64,000 bases of DNA from Candidatus Taylorbacteria bacterium RIFCSPHIGHO2_01_FULL_46_22b. GTDB lineage: Bacteria > Patescibacteriota > Minisyncoccia > Phycocordibacterales > DSPV01. Of the stretch, positions 60,605 to 64,000 are shown one piece after another. Made by a program: the position numbers and the translations under genes. Position 1 is the first letter of the stretch; each line of letters starts with the position of its first letter. Below the pieces are notes generated by a model. The model saw nothing but the letters and a program-made list of their open reading frames with translations, was not told where the DNA came from and ran no database searches. The stretch lies in the NCBI GenBank assembly GCA_001820875.1, contig MHRF01000007.1, positions 140,479-204,478 of the forward strand, in the 5' to 3' direction.

Positions 60605-62905
60605 ATGGTCAAAATCGCGAAGGAGTTGGGCATTGTCAAAAAAGTACAGAAAAGAGACGGTTCGGTTGTCGATTTTGATCTGCAGCGCATCGTCAATGCC
60701 ATCCACAAGGCGATGATTCAGACCGGAGAAGGGTCTCCGAAAGAGGCGGAGCTCGTCGGGAGCCAAGTGTACAGTGAACTAGTGCGCATTTCAAAGAAGC
60801 ACAAGAATTTTGTGCCTACTGTCGAGGGTATTCAGGATAGCGTGGAAAAGGGATTGATACTTTCTGACTATGTTAAGACCGCGAAGTCCTATATTTTGTA
60901 CCGCGAGAAGCGAACCAAGCTTCGCGAGAAGGGTTTGCAAGTTCCAGCGCAGATTAAAAAACTTGCCACTGATAGTAAAAAGTATTTCCGCAACCCCTTG
61001 GGCGAGTTTGTGTACTATCGTTCATATTCAAAATGGATTCCTGAAGAATCGCGCCGTGAGACATGGATCGAGACTGTCGATCGCTATATTGCATTTATGA
61101 AACAGAATCTCGGCAAGAAATTGAAAGACGCCGAGTACGCAGAAATTCGGGAAGCAATTTTGAAACACGAAGCAATGCCATCGATGCGCTTGTTGCAATT
61201 TGCAGGAAAAGCAGCGAGTACGACAAATGTTTGTGCGTACAATTGTTCGTATGTCGCTCCGGAAAAATTCGAGGATCTTGCAGAAATTATGTATGTCTCC
61301 ATGTGCGGTACTGGGGCGGGATGGTCTGTGGAAAGTCAGAATGTACAAAAATTTCCCCAAATTAATTTGCAGACCGGAAAAAAACTCCCCACCCATGTGG
61401 TCGCCGACTCAAAAGAAGGATGGTGTGATGCATTTGTGCTTGGCATGAAGGCATGGAGTCAGGGAACGGATGTTACATTTGATTACTCTGGACTTCGTCC
61501 GGCCGGCGCGCGCCTCAAGACTATGGGAGGAAAAGCGTCAGGGCCAGATCCGCTTCGCCGTCTCATTGATTTCACTCGAGATCGCATGTTGAAGAAGCAA
61601 GGGAAGCGTCTTTCAAATCTCGATGTGCACGATATCATCTGCATGATTGGAGATTGTGTCGTTTCAGGCGGCGTGCGCCGTAGCGCAATGATCTCGCTTT
61701 CTGATCTTGATGATGATGAGATTCGCCATGCAAAAGACGGACAGTTCTATATGACAAACCCACACCGATCGCTTGCAAACAACTCGGCTGTCTACCTCTC
61801 GCGCCCTTCCAATGAGCAGTTTTTGGAGGAATGGATTGCACTGATCAAGTCACAGTCCGGAGAGCGTGGTATTTTCAACCGCGGAGGACTGGTGAAACAG
61901 CTTCCTGAACGCCGTCTGAAGGTTTTGCGCGAGTATAAGGGCTATTTTGATGCTTCAGGTAATCTGATTGGCTCTATTGGCACTAATCCCTGCGGCGAAA
62001 TCATCCTTCAATCGAAGCAGTTCTGTAATTTGTCGGAAATTGTCGCTCGAGCGGAAGATACAGAAGCAACATTGATGCGAAAAATGAAAGTCGCCACAAT
62101 TTTGGGGACGTATCAATCATCTCTGACCTACTTCCCTTATCTTTCAAAGGAATGGAAGGAGCACTGCGAACGCGAACGACTCTTAGGGGTTTCTATTACC
62201 GGCCAGTGGGACAGTCCTGTAGTGCGCAAAGCAGGAATGCTTGAAAAACTTCGCAAAGAAGCAGTTCGTTTGAACCAAATTTATGCAAAACGTTTCGGAG
62301 TAAACGCCTCGACTGCGATTACCTGTGTGAAGCCATCGGGGACACTCTCGCAAATGGTTGATTGTGCATCAGGTATGCATCCTCGCCACTCGCAATATTA
62401 CATTCGTCGCATTCGCATCAGCGCAACTGACGCACTCTTTAAGATGTTGAGAGATCAGGGAGTGCCATTTCATCCGGAAGTTGGCCAGAGTGCAGAGAGT
62501 GCGACAACCTACGTTCTTGAATTTCCAGTCAAAGCTCCTAAGGGATCAATTTTCAAGAATGATGTTTCTGCACTTGAGCACTTGGAGCACTGGAAAGTGG
62601 TAAAGGAAAATTATACCGAGCACAATCCATCAGTGACTGTTTCAGTCGGCGACAACGAATGGATCACTGTTGCAAATTGGTTGTATGAGCATTGGGATAT
62701 TGTTGGAGGACTTTCTTTCCTTCCGCGTGACAACCATGTCTATCAGCTCGCGCCGTACGAAGCGATTGATGAGAAAAAATACAACGAACTGGTAAAGCGT
62801 TTCGCGCATATCGATTATTCAAAGATTATTACGTACGAGAAGAGGGATGAGACAGAGTTGAAGAAAGAGCTCGCCTGTGTTGCCGGTGTCTGCGAGATCG
62901 TGTAA
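60605..62905 (+). CDS. nrdJ: class II (adenosylcobalamin-dependent) ribonucleoside-triphosphate reductase with ATP cone
   Basis: VQKRDG ATP cone, PSMR, YNC, GGVRRSA, TNPCGEI, FCNLSE, VKPSGT, C-terminal CVAGVC. Confidence 0.93.
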   Translation: MVKIAKELGIVKKVQKRDGSVVDFDLQRIVNAIHKAMIQTGEGSPKEAELVGSQVYSELVRISKKHKNFVPTVEGIQDSVEKGLILSDYVKTAKSYILYREKRTKLREKGLQVPAQIKKLATDSKKYFRNPLGEFVYYRSYSKWIPEESRRETWIETVDRYIAFMKQNLGKKLKDAEYAEIREAILKHEAMPSMRLLQFAGKAASTTNVCAYNCSYVAPEKFEDLAEIMYVSMCGTGAGWSVESQNVQKFPQINLQTGKKLPTHVVADSKEGWCDAFVLGMKAWSQGTDVTFDYSGLRPAGARLKTMGGKASGPDPLRRLIDFTRDRMLKKQGKRLSNLDVHDIICMIGDCVVSGGVRRSAMISLSDLDDDEIRHAKDGQFYMTNPHRSLANNSAVYLSRPSNEQFLEEWIALIKSQSGERGIFNRGGLVKQLPERRLKVLREYKGYFDASGNLIGSIGTNPCGEIILQSKQFCNLSEIVARAEDTEATLMRKMKVATILGTYQSSLTYFPYLSKEWKEHCERERLLGVSITGQWDSPVVRKAGMLEKLRKEAVRLNQIYAKRFGVNASTAITCVKPSGTLSQMVDCASGMHPRHSQYYIRRIRISATDALFKMLRDQGVPFHPEVGQSAESATTYVLEFPVKAPKGSIFKNDVSALEHLEHWKVVKENYTEHNPSVTVSVGDNEWITVANWLYEHWDIVGGLSFLPRDNHVYQLAPYEAIDEKKYNELVKRFAHIDYSKIITYEKRDETELKKELACVAGVCEIV

Positions 62906-62941
62906 GAGTATTTCTAAAACTTTTTCAGAGAATCTAAAATC

Positions 62942-62970
62942 AAAACGCCACCCTTTAGGGGCGGCGTTTT
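62942..62970 (+). terminator. terminator after nrdJ
   Basis: AAAACGCCACCC-TTTAG-GGGCGGCGTTTT-like hairpin. Confidence 0.65.
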
Positions 62971-63156
62971 GATTTCTTTGTGCACATTCCTGTGCCATCT
63001 TGGACACGAGGAATGTGTCAGAGGTGTCAGGAGAAGGGAAGTTCTCCTGATGAGGAGAGCAGGCCGGCCTTTGGCGGGACGTTGAGAACCGTGGGTTCTC
63101 AAAGCACAAGGTACAAATGAAAAATTCCGCCTTTAGAGCGGAATTTTTCATTTGTA

Positions 63157-63502
63157 CCTTGTGCCTATAAGCCGAGTTCTGTATCTGTCTTGCGACAGAC
63201 GATAGCCATTTATCTAGGATGTGTGTTGCCACACATCTCAAGCGGCACTCTCCGCCAAAGGCGGAGCACGGCCTTGCAACCAAGTAAGGATTTTGCCGTT
63301 TCACTCTCTTTATTACTAAAGAGCTCGCCCGATCTTTCGATAGGGTGGTTTTCCCCTTTCGGAAAAAACCGTCTCTGTTCGCACCTCGTAGGTTTCCCTA
63401 GACGGGCGTTACCCGTTACCCGTTTATTACATCTTTCGATGCAATGGTAGCTCGGACTTTCCTCACCTCTGCTTACGCAGGGCGCGACTATCCGGCACAG
63501 GG
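63157..63502 (-). ncRNA. rnpB: RNase P RNA
   Basis: minus strand GAGGAAAGTCCGAGCT near the 5' end and ACAGAACTCGGCTTATA near the 3' end; P1 CCCTGTGCC/GGCACAAGG. Confidence 0.96.
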
Positions 63503-63630
63503 TTGAGAAATAGTACCATATTTTTTTTCAAATGCAAGGCGTTTGTGTGTTCGAAACGTGCATTGTAAGGGTATGAGGGATGCGTTATACTTTTTGTACG
63601 TTTGTCATTTAATTTTGAGCACATTTGTCT

Positions 63631-64000
63631 ATGGAAAAACTAAAAGTGAGAATTGAGGAGTCTCTCGACAAAGTTTCTTTGCTGGAGAATATTGCCTACT
63701 ACATTCTATTAGCGACAGCATTTCTTCTCCCAATTTTTTTTATCCCCTCATCCTCATTTCAATTTCAGTTTAGTAAAGTAGTCTTCGTTTCTTTTGCTGT
63801 TCTGATCTCGTGTGTCCTGTGGCTGATTGCTCGTTTGAAAGATGGCCGATACCTGTTGCCAAACAATTTGGTGTTTTTGCTTTCGGGCGTAGTGTTGGTC
63901 ATAACGTTACTTGCAACTCTTTTTTCACCTTCAATTCACACCTCTTTCATTGGACAGGGATCTGAAGTTGGAACATGGGCGAGTCTGGTGGTACTTTTTG
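63631..64000 (+). CDS. polytopic membrane protein, N-terminal part (runs off the window)
   Basis: MEKLKVRIEES...FLLPIFFIP....K..., open to window end. Confidence 0.75.
   Translation, partial: MEKLKVRIEESLDKVSLLENIAYYILLATAFLLPIFFIPSSSFQFQFSKVVFVSFAVLISCVLWLIARLKDGRYLLPNNLVFLLSGVVLVITLLATLFSPSIHTSFIGQGSEVGTWASLVVLF

Noticed and set aside
62819-63450. ORFs 62819..63304 and 63190..63450
   Set aside because: They overlap the RNase P RNA gene and hairpin tract and have no protein-like features.

Overview
A 64-kb chromosomal segment that looks like a Patescibacteria (CPR, Parcubacteria-like) genome. That assignment is inferred from gene content and style: a short ATP synthase epsilon, a short AspRS, many single-TM secreted proteins, pilins and a class II RNR, with TGA used as stop. 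Housekeeping content includes typA, a complete F-type atp operon, gmk, scattered purine genes (purC-purE fusion with a frameshift, purH, purD), aspS, tsaC, rnj, secG, groES/EL, lemA/htpX, pgsA, msrA/B, nrdJ, tRNA-Ser(GGA) and RNase P RNA. The standout feature is a ~2.2-kb non-coding array between secG and groES (50577-52728) with 24 stem-loop units. On the minus strand each unit reads stem-GAGA-N9-U(loop)GA-N9-UACAC-stem, so two variable ~9-nt spacers sit in a fixed scaffold. The array has its own promoter, terminator and recurrent AAUUU+hairpin linkers. The architecture resembles TIGR (tandem interspaced guide RNA) or C/D-box guide RNAs, but the box motifs differ and no Nop-domain/Tas gene is visible in the window. 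Other notable items are a T-box riboswitch controlling two unknown genes inserted in the atp operon, a pdaD-acyltransferase-like-7TM kinase operon, a GIY-YIG gene flanked by inverted repeats, and a LAGLIDADG ORF running into a tRNA. All calls come from reading the sequence; no searches were run.
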